Part shown: one piece after another, positions 30,137 to 40,107 of the stretch
Position numbering within the stretch: position 1 is the first letter of the stretch
Layout of the letters: each line of letters starts with the position of its first letter
Source: an uncultured cyanobacterium
GTDB lineage: Bacteria; Cyanobacteriota; Cyanobacteriia; Cyanobacteriales; CAWCAG01
Assembly: GCA_963793425.1 (NCBI GenBank)
Contig: CAWCAG010000009.1
Span: forward strand, 320,001 to 384,000
Direction: 5' to 3'
Length of the DNA: 64,000 bases
Notes under the pieces: generated by a model
The model's database searches: none
What the model saw: the letters and a program-made list of their open reading frames with translations, nothing else
Told to the model about the DNA's origin: nothing
Translations under genes and position numbers: made by a program

Positions 30137-31123
30137 ATGCAACAAAAATGGCAACTGGTAAAAAACCTCGGCTTGGGTGCTATACCGATTCTGCAACTTC
30201 AAGACTCTTTAATCAAAGACTCTAAACCTACTAAAAACTACGTTGTACTAATTATTAGTTCTTGTTTAATCGCCACTTTTGGCTTATTGATTAATAGTGC
30301 TGCTGTAATCATCGGTGCAATGATCATTGCACCTTTAATGCTACCTTTGCGGGGTTTCTCCTTTGCTGCTTTAGAAGGAGATTTAAAACTACTCCGCTAC
30401 AGTACTATTTCCATTGCCACAGGAACAGGACTTGCTTTAATTTGTTCTGGATTAGTAGGTTTAGTTATTGATCTACCGGAATTTGGTACAGAAGTCCTTT
30501 CTCGCACTCAACCTACCTTAATTGATTTACTCATTGCTGTCACCGCCGGGGGAGTAAGTGCTTATGCAAAGATTCGCCCTGCTATGGGAGATGCTATTCC
30601 TGGGACTGCCATTGCCGTAGCTTTAATGCCTCCTTTATGTGTTGTGGGTTTGTGCTTGTCTCAGGGAAGCTGGAGTGCGGCTGGGGGGGCAACTTTACTT
30701 TACATCACTAACTTAATTGGCATTAACATAGCCTGCATCGCTGTTTATGTACTTAGTGGTTATGCTCGCAGCAATGAGTTAACCAGGACTCTATCTTGGG
30801 GAGTTTCTTTTGTCTTAATTATTATGCTGGTTATTCCTTTAGGCGCAAGTTTTTGGAAGTTAACCAGACAAACCCAAGCTGAAGCTTCGATTCGGCGTAT
30901 CCTCACCACAGATTCTTTGATTAACAGGGCAGATATTATTATTACTGATTCGGAGGTTGTTTGGAGAGATAAACCTCCTTCGTTAACCTTACTTGTTCGG
31001 GCAGAAAAAGGTATTAGTCCAGAGGAAGTTAAGCAAGTAGAAACTCTTTTAGAAAACGAAATTAAGCAACCTTTCAAAGTGATTTTTGATGTTACTCCCT
31101 CTCGGTTAGTTGAATCACAATAA
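30137..31123 (+). CDS. DUF389 family membrane protein
   Basis: NSAAVIIGAMIIAPLM, PGTAIAVALMPPL. Confidence 0.9.
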   Translation: MQQKWQLVKNLGLGAIPILQLQDSLIKDSKPTKNYVVLIISSCLIATFGLLINSAAVIIGAMIIAPLMLPLRGFSFAALEGDLKLLRYSTISIATGTGLALICSGLVGLVIDLPEFGTEVLSRTQPTLIDLLIAVTAGGVSAYAKIRPAMGDAIPGTAIAVALMPPLCVVGLCLSQGSWSAAGGATLLYITNLIGINIACIAVYVLSGYARSNELTRTLSWGVSFVLIIMLVIPLGASFWKLTRQTQAEASIRRILTTDSLINRADIIITDSEVVWRDKPPSLTLLVRAEKGISPEEVKQVETLLENEIKQPFKVIFDVTPSRLVESQ

Positions 31124-31135
31124 TATCTCCTAAAT

Positions 31136-31999
31136 ATGAATTTCTCTCTTCATAGCTTTCTTTTCGCCCAATCTTCCCAAGATGCCGCTAAAGAAACCGC
31201 CGACAATGCCAAAGAATTAATTGCTGAAATCACCACTGGCAAAATTACTCAAGCATTACTGATCCTAATCATTGCCTACGGTTTGCTTTTTATTACTGAT
31301 AAGTTAATTAATTGGTTTTCTGAACAAGTAGATCGTGAATGGCGTTTGCGGATCAAACAGTCTCTTCCCTTCTGGCGAATGGTGATATTTATAGTCGCTA
31401 TTTCGATGCTCATGAACCTATTTTTTAACCTTTCCCGTAGTAACCTTTTAGCCCTCACTGGAACTATCGCCGTAGCTTTGGGTTTTGCTTTTAAAGATTA
31501 TGCTAGTTCAGTAATTGCTGGTTTAATTGGTTTATTTGAAGCCCCTTATCAAGTTGGCGATCGCATTCAAATTGGTGAACATTACGGGGAAGTTATGAGT
31601 TATGGCTTAAGGGGGCTACGCTTAAGAACTCCTGAAGATAATATGGTAACTATTCCCCACAATACAATTTGGACTGAACCTATTTCTAATGCTAATGCAG
31701 GGGAATTAGAGGCACAGGTAGTGACCCATTTTTATTTAGATTATTATGTCGATGTCCAGTTGGTGATGGGGATTTTGTATCGAGTTGCTTATACTAGCAA
31801 ATACACTCAATTAAAATTACCAATCTTAGTTTTAGTAGAAGAAAAACCTTGGGCAACACGCTTTGAACTGAAAAGCTATCCTATGGATGCTAGGGAAGAA
31901 TTCATTTATAAAACAGATTTAATTAAAAGGGCGAAGCAAGCTTTTAAGAAAAATAATCTTAGTTATCCTAAACTGCTTCCTGCTGATGTTGATGTTTAA
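31136..31999 (+). CDS. MscS-family mechanosensitive channel
   Basis: ALGFAFKD, PYQVGDRIQIG..YGEV, VTIPHN. Confidence 0.9.
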   Translation: MNFSLHSFLFAQSSQDAAKETADNAKELIAEITTGKITQALLILIIAYGLLFITDKLINWFSEQVDREWRLRIKQSLPFWRMVIFIVAISMLMNLFFNLSRSNLLALTGTIAVALGFAFKDYASSVIAGLIGLFEAPYQVGDRIQIGEHYGEVMSYGLRGLRLRTPEDNMVTIPHNTIWTEPISNANAGELEAQVVTHFYLDYYVDVQLVMGILYRVAYTSKYTQLKLPILVLVEEKPWATRFELKSYPMDAREEFIYKTDLIKRAKQAFKKNNLSYPKLLPADVDV

Positions 32000-32137
32000 T
32001 TGCTTGCTTTTTTATTCCTTGAGGTGATATTATGTACATGGTAGAAAAGGTGCGCTCTTGAAACCATTTTTTTCAGCAAGTATTTAGTTGATTTCCAAAT
32101 AATAGTTATCTCTACATTAATAACTAATAACTGAATA

Positions 32138-33334
32138 ATGGTGCAGGAAGATAATCAATCGGAGCGAGAATGGGAGATAGAGCAAAGCTATCTTAAAGAT
32201 TTAAGTATAGAAATTAATAGCCTCCAGGAACAGTTAATTCAACCTTTACATCAGGAAGTTCAACAACTCGAAGAGAAAAAAGTCCGCTTGTTGCAAGAAA
32301 TTGAGCAACTTGAATTACAGAAGGAAGTAATAACTCCTCCACCTAAACCCCAACTTCAGAAATCATCTTTAACTAAACTAAGTTTCTTCCTCGCTTTCGT
32401 TTCTACTCTATGCTTAGCTTGCCAAAATATAGTTATTGCTATTATTCTCAATCCCTCCTCTGTTTTCGGTAACTTTGCAACAGGAGGATATCTCACCCCA
32501 GGAGTAACCAATTCTCTATTGATTCTCTGGCTAAGAATGTTGGTAGTAGTACCCTTACTGTTTATAGTTTCCCGTTTTATCCATCCTTCAAGCTGGCAAG
32601 TAATTAAAAAAGTAATTGACTGTCAAGATTGGGGTTTAACCAGCAAAGTAATTGCTTGTGGTTTCTTGCTTTTCCTTTCTCAACTACTCATTTATTTATC
32701 ATTAGGTTTTCTTCCTGTTGGAGTCGCTGTAACTCTCTTCTTCATTTTCCCCCTGGCTACTATTTTATTTACTTGGTTTCTCTTCGGAGAAAGCCCTAAT
32801 CTCATTCGCACTATTATTATAGTTATTACGGCGGTAGGACTTTTATTAACTATACTTTTAGGAAAACAAGGAGAAGTTAGTTTTTCTTGGTTAGGTATAA
32901 CCACAGCTATTGGTTCAGGTATTACTTTTGCTATTTATCTTCTCATCACTCAACTCTGTGCCAAAAAACTACATCCTGTACCATTTAGTGTACTTAATTT
33001 TCTGAGTATCTTACTTTTCTCCTTTCTCGGTTTACTAATCATTCTGCCTTTTAATAACCAATTTAGTCTTGAACCAGAAATCTGGACAAAACTAATTATT
33101 AGTGGTTTCTTATTAGGAACATTAACCTTACTAAGTTATCTTTCTAGCAATATTAGTATCCGTTTCATCGGGGCAGGTGCTTCCTCAACGATTGGGGCAG
33201 TAAACCCCGGTTTAACTGCTTGTTTAGGATGGTTCATTTTAGGGCAAGGTTTAGGCAAACAATTTTGGGGCATTGGGTTAGTTACTTTTGGTATAATTGC
33301 CCTCAGTTTAGTAAGAATATCGAGCAGGAAGTAG
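32138..33334 (+). CDS. Coiled-coil + EamA/DMT permease (short SepJ-like)
   Basis: N-terminal coiled coil (QLEEKKVRLLQEIEQLE), short Pro linker, ~10-TM DMT domain. Confidence 0.75.
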   Translation: MVQEDNQSEREWEIEQSYLKDLSIEINSLQEQLIQPLHQEVQQLEEKKVRLLQEIEQLELQKEVITPPPKPQLQKSSLTKLSFFLAFVSTLCLACQNIVIAIILNPSSVFGNFATGGYLTPGVTNSLLILWLRMLVVVPLLFIVSRFIHPSSWQVIKKVIDCQDWGLTSKVIACGFLLFLSQLLIYLSLGFLPVGVAVTLFFIFPLATILFTWFLFGESPNLIRTIIIVITAVGLLLTILLGKQGEVSFSWLGITTAIGSGITFAIYLLITQLCAKKLHPVPFSVLNFLSILLFSFLGLLIILPFNNQFSLEPEIWTKLIISGFLLGTLTLLSYLSSNISIRFIGAGASSTIGAVNPGLTACLGWFILGQGLGKQFWGIGLVTFGIIALSLVRISSRK

Positions 33335-33393
33335 GGAAAACACTAACCTACTTATTGAGGGAGACAAAGAGACACGGCAGATAAATGTTTAAT

Positions 33394-33420
33394 GTAGCCT
33401 ACGGCAAGGCTTACGCCAAC
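33394..33420 (-). repeat. Very small dispersed repeat (SDR-like) inserted in an (AATGTTT)n tract
   Basis: Minus strand GTTGGCGTAAGCCTTGCCGTAGGCTAC; related copy at 40801-40828. Confidence 0.7.
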
Positions 33421-33447
33421 AATGTTCAATGTTTAATGTTTAATGTG

Positions 33448-34923
33448 TTATCCTACCTGAATATCCTTAACCCTTACGGGTACACAAGCATGAGTCATTT
33501 GGGCTAATTGCATGGGTTCCCCTTTACCACAAAAGGAAGTGCCGCACTGCCTCATTTGAGAAGCAGATCCAATTCCATCTACCTGATGCCAAAAATCTGT
33601 AGTCATGCTGTGATAGGTAACATTTTTCAACATACCCACAACTTTCCCGCCCTCAACTTTCCAGAAAGCATCACCACCAAACTGGAAATTACGACGCTGT
33701 TGATCAATAGAAAAGCTACCAATACCATCAATAAGAATACCATCTTCAGTATCAGCAATCATCTCTTCTAAAGTGGCTGTATGGCTGCCTCCTTCTACTC
33801 CTGGTTCTAAACCAAGATTGGGAATCCGTACCATCGGGACACTCGCCCAACTATCAGCATAGGAACTACCATTGCTGCTATCTCTACCCAAGCGGTAAGC
33901 GGTTTCCCGATCAGTGAGATAGTCTACCAAAATGCCATCCTTAACCACATACCATTCTTGGGACTTAACACCCTCGTCATCGTAACCCATAGTTCCCCTA
34001 CCGCCCGGTTGGGTACGATCTGCCTTAAAATTAATCCAAGGGGCCGCGTAGGCTAATTTTCCTAACTTATCAGTGGTGGCAAAGCTAGTGCCAGCAAAGT
34101 TAGCTTCGTAACCATAAACTCTATCTAACTCTGTAGGATGCCCCACAGATTCGTGTATGGTTAGGTAAAGGTTACTAGGTTTGAGAATTAAAGTTGTCGC
34201 CCCAGGAAGGGTTTCTGGTGCGCTAACCTTCTCAATTGCCTCTTGAGCAACTCGTTCAATATTACCCAGCAAATCAAGTTTATCAATATGTTCGTAACCT
34301 AAATTGAGGGGAGGGCGTTCATAACTACGACTTTGGGCATCTCCATCTGCGATCGCAGTGCAACCAAAGCCAGGATGACTACGGTAAATAGTTTGTTGAA
34401 TTAAAGATCCTTCCGTGGAAGCAAAGGTTTTCTCCTCTTTAGTAAAACTCAGGAAAGAATAGGCTTTTTTAATCCCTTCATTTTCGTAACCAAGTAACTG
34501 TTCATTAATCTCCAACAACAACCGGGCTTTCTCCCCAATAGAGACAGTAAAAGGGTCTATTTTAATAGGAGTAGTATAACTATCTTCATAAGACTGAACT
34601 GGTACTAACTTAACAGGTTGCTGTTGCGAAAGACGACTACCTTTAGCAGTTTCCACCGCTAAATTAACCACCCTCATTACTTCTTCTGGACTTTTCCGAT
34701 GGCTAGCCGCAAACCCCCAAGCCCCCTGGAGAAGGACTCGAACCCCAAAACCAGAACTAAGATTATCTGCTAAGTTTTTCAAGGAGCGATCACGGGCCAT
34801 TAAATTCTGTTGGCGATAGGTGCAAAGGCGTATATCTCCGTACTCGCAACCTGCCTGACGAATTAAATCTATAGCTAAGGAAGCGAGTTCTTTTGTTGTA
34901 GTTCGTAGAGGAGTTTGTACCAT
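33448..34923 (-). CDS. TldD family metalloprotease
   Basis: HESVGH zinc motif, YDDEG, SIDQQRRNFQFGG, CGKGEP. Confidence 0.92.
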   Translation of the reverse strand: MVQTPLRTTTKELASLAIDLIRQAGCEYGDIRLCTYRQQNLMARDRSLKNLADNLSSGFGVRVLLQGAWGFAASHRKSPEEVMRVVNLAVETAKGSRLSQQQPVKLVPVQSYEDSYTTPIKIDPFTVSIGEKARLLLEINEQLLGYENEGIKKAYSFLSFTKEEKTFASTEGSLIQQTIYRSHPGFGCTAIADGDAQSRSYERPPLNLGYEHIDKLDLLGNIERVAQEAIEKVSAPETLPGATTLILKPSNLYLTIHESVGHPTELDRVYGYEANFAGTSFATTDKLGKLAYAAPWINFKADRTQPGGRGTMGYDDEGVKSQEWYVVKDGILVDYLTDRETAYRLGRDSSNGSSYADSWASVPMVRIPNLGLEPGVEGGSHTATLEEMIADTEDGILIDGIGSFSIDQQRRNFQFGGDAFWKVEGGKVVGMLKNVTYHSMTTDFWHQVDGIGSASQMRQCGTSFCGKGEPMQLAQMTHACVPVRVKDIQVG

Positions 34924-35160
34924 AATTTAAGCAATTTTCTTGGGTTGAAGATGCCTTCGTTCGGGATAAATAATCAAGGGTAGTTCCTTGACTATTTAAC
35001 TTTCACCTATTTTAGTAACACAGTTTAAATATGAAAAGTGTATGAATACTAGCTTCTAAAGCAAGATCGTGAAGACAATAGTCATTTCTACTAGCTATTA
35101 GCCACTAGCCGTTAGCAAACACCAGAATCTAGGCTGTACCTCACGCTTACTCTTGTTTTG

Positions 35161-36099
35161 CTATAGCACAGCAAAAGTACTTTGGGCAAAAGAGACTTTT
35201 TCAGAAATGGTTGTTAGTTTGCCTCGAACCTCATCTATTGCCTCTAGCCGGGGAATCAACCCTGCTTGGTTAGCAATTTGAATCGACAAGCCCGGACGAG
35301 CATTAATTTCTAAAAGCAAAGCCCCTTTTTCCTCATCAAGAACAAAATCCACCCCTAAATAACCAAACTCAGTTTTGTCACCCAAAGTTGCAGACATTTC
35401 TAAAATCTTTTCCCAACCAGGAATAGATAACCCAGCTAAAGGACTGCCAGTTTCAGGATGTTCTTTAAGATAACGATTATGCTGAATCGCAGCTAGGGTT
35501 TTACCCGTAGCTAAATCTATCCCAACCCCAACCCCACCTCGATGAAGATTTGCCTTACCATCAGAAGCACGAGTGGGCAAACGCAACATCGCCATCACCG
35601 GAACTCCATGATAAATAATTAGGCGCAGATCCGGAACTCCTTGATAAGCGACATCTGCAAACACAGGGTCAAACTGTACCGCATATTCAATGATAGCAAC
35701 ATCCTTATGACCAGAAAGAGAAAACATCCCACTCAAAATGTTATGAATGTGGTAGTGCAAATCCTCTGGCTTAAGCACAGAATCATTACTTTGACGATAT
35801 CCTGCCTCTACAGCATCTTTAATCACAACAATGCCGTCCCCTCCACTACCCCGTGATGGTTTAATCACAAAAGTATTGTGTTCTTCAACTAAATCTCTCA
35901 AACCTTTAACTTCGTTTTGAAACTGTATCACACCATAGGTTTCAGGGATGCTAACACCAATATTTTCGGCAATCTTTTTGGTTTCTAGCTTGCTGTCTGC
36001 ATATTGATAAAGTCGTCGGGGGTTGCAAGGAAATAAATAATCTAAATTACGGCTATTGACACCAAGGATGCCATGGTTTTGAAACAAAAATGACTGCAT
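35161..36099 (-). CDS. Alpha-L-glutamate ligase-like (RimK-like) ATP-grasp protein
   Basis: FVIKPSRGSGGDG, GVPDLR, MAMLRLPT..SDGKANLH.GG, EINARPGLSIQIAN. Confidence 0.9.
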   Translation of the reverse strand: MQSFLFQNHGILGVNSRNLDYLFPCNPRRLYQYADSKLETKKIAENIGVSIPETYGVIQFQNEVKGLRDLVEEHNTFVIKPSRGSGGDGIVVIKDAVEAGYRQSNDSVLKPEDLHYHIHNILSGMFSLSGHKDVAIIEYAVQFDPVFADVAYQGVPDLRLIIYHGVPVMAMLRLPTRASDGKANLHRGGVGVGIDLATGKTLAAIQHNRYLKEHPETGSPLAGLSIPGWEKILEMSATLGDKTEFGYLGVDFVLDEEKGALLLEINARPGLSIQIANQAGLIPRLEAIDEVRGKLTTISEKVSFAQSTFAVL

Positions 36100-36106
36100 T
36101 AATTCC

Positions 36107-37747
36107 TTATCCCTTTGATTGATTTAACTGACGTTGTAGAGACAAAAAGCGAAAATACTCCGTCAGCTTGTAGCCGTTGTAGCGCCCTAAGAGAATGTTG
36201 AGGGACAAAACCACCAATAGTAACTCTGGAAAGGCAAAAGCTAAATGCTGAATATAGGGGTTTATGGTACATAAGTAGCCCAAGATCGCCACAGCTAAAC
36301 TGCCTAAACTAGCTATGATCACTTCCTTTCCCCCTTCTTCTTCCCACATCATCGCTGCCCGTTCAATAGTCATAGCTAAAATGACAATGGGAAACAGAGA
36401 AATAGATAAACCGAGACTGAGATTAAAGCTTTTCATTACTATTGCTAACCCCCCCATGATTAACACTGTTGTAGTTAGTATTGCTCCTAAGCGAGGTACA
36501 ACTAAAAGCTGCAAGCGATTGAGACAAGCACGTATTAAAAGTCCAATGCTAACCACCAGTATAAATAAAGAAATGCCCCTAATTAAACCTGTTTCCCGAA
36601 AAGAAAGAGCAATTAAAATAGGTGTAAATGTACCGAAGGTTGGCAAACCAATAACTTGGTGGAGAAAAGCCACAATCAACGCACCTATGGGTACTAGTAC
36701 TAGCACCTGAAAAACTCGTTGAGTTGCTAGGGGCAATTTGAGGAGAGAGTATTCTAAAAAGGGATTAGTGGCAGCTTGTTCTTGCCAAATGGCTTTGGTT
36801 AAGCCGTTGTCGATGTTAGGACGCACCAAAACTTCTAGGGTGATATCCCCTGAACCTTTGGCTGCAAGGGGCTTACTAGAGCCATACCACCAAGTCAGGT
36901 AGCGATCTTGTTCCCCAAAACTGCGATTAACAGGGTCATAAGCTAACCACCCATCCTTATCTTCACTTTGAATTTCTAACCACCTGACAAAATCGGTAGC
37001 GTAAACTTCTTCACTAGTAAGTAAAATACCATTACCAATACGGGTTGGTATTTGTGCTTTTTGTAATAAAAAGGCAGCGATTTCTGCGGTAGATTTTTCC
37101 ACTCCTATGGTGTTACGAATCGTTTGGACACGAATATCTTCTGAGTTTAGGGCTAAATCGTAGATATTTTGGGCTAAGGAAAAAGAATCACTTGATTTTT
37201 CCTCAGCTATTTTAAGCAGGGATTTAATGGCTGCATCGGGGGGATTTTCTTGCAATTTCTCTTCAACCGCAGCCCTTTCATCTCTATCAAATTCAGCAAA
37301 CTCTTGCTTAACTAAGCGGCGGCCAGCTAGAGAAACTTCATTGGAGTCTGAGTCAGTAAAGTTTTCTTGCTCGTCTACAATGACCCGATAAAAAAGAGTT
37401 GTACTATTTTTCGCTTGCTCATTAGTGAAGGTAGCCACTCGGTTGGTAGGATTTTTTTGAGTTTTGATTTGACGCTCAAATCCTGGATTAACAAAGTCTT
37501 CGTCAACTAAGCGATAACGTTGAGAATTTTGGGGCAGTTGCAGTTGAATTGTGGTGGGCAACGCTTCTTCGGCTTGTAGCAATGACCCCTCTGAGGTAAC
37601 CGCAACTTTAGTTTCTACATACCAACTTTTATAAACTTGATTTGGCAGTAAGGGAATATCCGAAGATAGGGCTTTGTGGAGGAAAATGGTAATGCCCACT
37701 GCACTTAAAAAAAGAGCCAAAAGGAGAGCTTGAAAAGTTCGATTCAT
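36107..37747 (-). CDS. Inactive transglutaminase + 7TM domain protein
   Basis: IGLPTFGTFTPILIALSFRET, LLVVPRL, FPIVILAMTIER, GRYNGYKLTEYFRF. Confidence 0.88.
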   Translation of the reverse strand: MNRTFQALLLALFLSAVGITIFLHKALSSDIPLLPNQVYKSWYVETKVAVTSEGSLLQAEEALPTTIQLQLPQNSQRYRLVDEDFVNPGFERQIKTQKNPTNRVATFTNEQAKNSTTLFYRVIVDEQENFTDSDSNEVSLAGRRLVKQEFAEFDRDERAAVEEKLQENPPDAAIKSLLKIAEEKSSDSFSLAQNIYDLALNSEDIRVQTIRNTIGVEKSTAEIAAFLLQKAQIPTRIGNGILLTSEEVYATDFVRWLEIQSEDKDGWLAYDPVNRSFGEQDRYLTWWYGSSKPLAAKGSGDITLEVLVRPNIDNGLTKAIWQEQAATNPFLEYSLLKLPLATQRVFQVLVLVPIGALIVAFLHQVIGLPTFGTFTPILIALSFRETGLIRGISLFILVVSIGLLIRACLNRLQLLVVPRLGAILTTTVLIMGGLAIVMKSFNLSLGLSISLFPIVILAMTIERAAMMWEEEGGKEVIIASLGSLAVAILGYLCTINPYIQHLAFAFPELLLVVLSLNILLGRYNGYKLTEYFRFLSLQRQLNQSKG

Positions 37748-37749
37748 GC

Positions 37750-38313
37750 CTATCCCTCCCCTTGAGAACATTCTGGTTTTGCAGTGAAGGTTTCCGCCGA
37801 ATCGATTACCAGTGCGCCTTTTTCTAGCATATTACGACCAATTAGTACTGGGTAAGTAAATTGGTCACGTTCGGCCAAGTTTACTTCTTCTTCTACCCAA
37901 CGACCAGCAATACAAAGTTTCATACTCACCACTGGACGGCGGAAAAAGCCCCCTTCTCCATCCTTAATTTTTACCCACCTGATTACAGGACGCTCAAAAA
38001 TAGCACTAGTTTCACCATCAACAAAGCGGAATTTAATCATACCCCCTGATTCCGATTCGTTTTCTGGCTTTTCTAAAATTTCGGCATTAATAGAAGTAGT
38101 TTTGGCTCCTGTATCAAGTTTTACTTTGGTTTGACCTTCAACACCTAAAATTTGAGCATTTTCTATCCAACCTACTCTTTTAGCTTCTTGAAAGGATTCG
38201 TTACTAGCTTTGGTTTCCTGGGAGCTACATCCACTGGTAAATAATAAACTGACTGCAATTGCGCTTACTTTTGCTATGACAAAAACAGTCTTTTTCTTAT
38301 GCAAATTTCTCAT
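37750..38313 (-). CDS. Retropepsin-like aspartyl protease (putative ATP-dependent Zn protease family), lipoprotein
   Basis: Lipobox-like FTSGC, KLDTGAKT, RRPVV, YPVLIGRN. Confidence 0.85.
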   Translation of the reverse strand: MRNLHKKKTVFVIAKVSAIAVSLLFTSGCSSQETKASNESFQEAKRVGWIENAQILGVEGQTKVKLDTGAKTTSINAEILEKPENESESGGMIKFRFVDGETSAIFERPVIRWVKIKDGEGGFFRRPVVSMKLCIAGRWVEEEVNLAERDQFTYPVLIGRNMLEKGALVIDSAETFTAKPECSQGEG

Positions 38314-38442
38314 TACTCTAGATTAAATACATAAAACCAGAGTAACTTTTTCATAGTGAGTTGCCAAATATACTGAAGAGGTTACAGTCAAAATATTGAT
38401 ATTCTTAAAAATGAAGAAACTAAACTAATTAATGTGTAGCTT

Positions 38443-39969
38443 ATGCTAGCTAGGGTTTGGAGTGCATCTATTGTTGGTATTGACGCTGTTAAAGTTGGTG
38501 TGGAAGTTGATGTCTCAGGAGGGCTGCCGAAAACCGTAGTAGTAGGTTTACCGGATGCAGCAGTTCAGGAATCGCGGGAAAGGGTAAAAGCAGCCTTAAA
38601 AAATACAGGTTTCGCCTTTCCGGGGGGAAACATCGTCATCAATCTTACCCCAGCAGATTTGCGTAAAGAAGGCCCTAGCTTTGACTTACCCATTAGTGTA
38701 GGAATTTTAGCTGCTTCAGGACAAGTAAACGCCCAATTATTGGGGGACTATTTATTTTTAGGAGAAGTTTCTTTAGATGGCAGTCTTCGTGCCATTGCTG
38801 GGGTTTTACCCATTGCTGCCAATGCCTCTAAGTCTGGTATTGCCGGTTTAGTTGTTCCGGCCAACAATGCCCAAGAAGCAGCGGTGGTAAATGAGATTTC
38901 TGTCTATGGATTTGAACATATCTCAGAAGTTGCCGACTTTCTTAACCAACCGACTAAACATAAACCCATAGCCTCAAACCCCCAAGAAAAATTAGGGCGA
39001 TCCCAGGCTTATGAACCAGATTTAAAAGATGTTAAAGGACAAAACCATGGCCGTCGTGCCTTAGAAATTGCGGCTGCGGGGGGACATAACCTCATTTTAG
39101 TGGGGCCGCCCGGTAGTGGAAAAACCATGTTAGCCAGACGCTTACCAGGAATCCTGCCGCCATTAAGTTTTCAAGAAGCCTTAGATGTCTCCCAAATCCA
39201 TTCCGTAGCTGGTTTTCTCAAAGATAAGGGTTCTTTAGTAACTGAGCGTCCTTTTCGTAGTCCTCACCACTCTGCTTCTGGCCCTTCTTTAGTAGGCGGG
39301 GGAAGCTTTCCCCGTCCCGGAGAAATATCCTTTGCCCATCGGGGAGTACTATTTCTCGATGAGTTAACAGAATTTAAACGCAATGTTTTAGAATTCTTGC
39401 GCCAACCCTTAGAAGATGGCTTCGTCGCCATTTCTCGCACTCGCCAATCTGTCATCTTCCCTTGTCAATTCACCCTCGTCGCCAGCACTAATCCCTGTCC
39501 TTGCGGCTACTACGGCGACCCAATTCAACAGTGTACCTGTTCTCCTCGCCAAAGGGAACAGTATTGGGCCAAACTTTCTGGCCCTTTAATGGATCGCATC
39601 GATTTACAAGTATCTGTCAATCGCCTCAAACCAGAAGAAATGACTCGTCAAACCACAGGAGAAGAATCTGAACCAATCAAAATCCGAGTGCAAAAAGCCC
39701 GCGATCGCGCCTCTCAACGTTTCCAAGCAGAAAAAATTCAGTGCAATGCAGAAATGAAAAGCCATCACCTACGTAAGTTTTGTCAACTTGATGATGCCAG
39801 TCGTAACATCTTGGAAGGGGCGATTCGTAAATTAGGTCTTTCCGCTAGGGCGATGGATCGGGTTTTGAAAGTAGGACGAACTATTGCTGATTTAGCAGGG
39901 GAGGAAAATATGCAAACTTCTCACCTTGCTGAGGCAATTCAATATCGTACCTTAGATCGGGTTCAGTAA
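38443..39969 (+). CDS. comM: YifB/ComM Mg-chelatase-like AAA+ ATPase
   Basis: GLPDAAVQESRERV, GPPGSGKTMLA, PFRSPHH, LFLDE, SGPLMDRID. Confidence 0.93.
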   Translation: MLARVWSASIVGIDAVKVGVEVDVSGGLPKTVVVGLPDAAVQESRERVKAALKNTGFAFPGGNIVINLTPADLRKEGPSFDLPISVGILAASGQVNAQLLGDYLFLGEVSLDGSLRAIAGVLPIAANASKSGIAGLVVPANNAQEAAVVNEISVYGFEHISEVADFLNQPTKHKPIASNPQEKLGRSQAYEPDLKDVKGQNHGRRALEIAAAGGHNLILVGPPGSGKTMLARRLPGILPPLSFQEALDVSQIHSVAGFLKDKGSLVTERPFRSPHHSASGPSLVGGGSFPRPGEISFAHRGVLFLDELTEFKRNVLEFLRQPLEDGFVAISRTRQSVIFPCQFTLVASTNPCPCGYYGDPIQQCTCSPRQREQYWAKLSGPLMDRIDLQVSVNRLKPEEMTRQTTGEESEPIKIRVQKARDRASQRFQAEKIQCNAEMKSHHLRKFCQLDDASRNILEGAIRKLGLSARAMDRVLKVGRTIADLAGEENMQTSHLAEAIQYRTLDRVQ

Positions 39970-40107
39970 AAATAATTATCTCAGGGGAAAAAATTCATCA
40001 AAACTTTATCATTTCCCCTTGATTATTTACTGAATCTTGACTAAAAGCTGCGTAGAGAAAGCTTATACTTAACCTCATCATCGAAGAAGTCAGGGTCACT
40101 ACAAATT

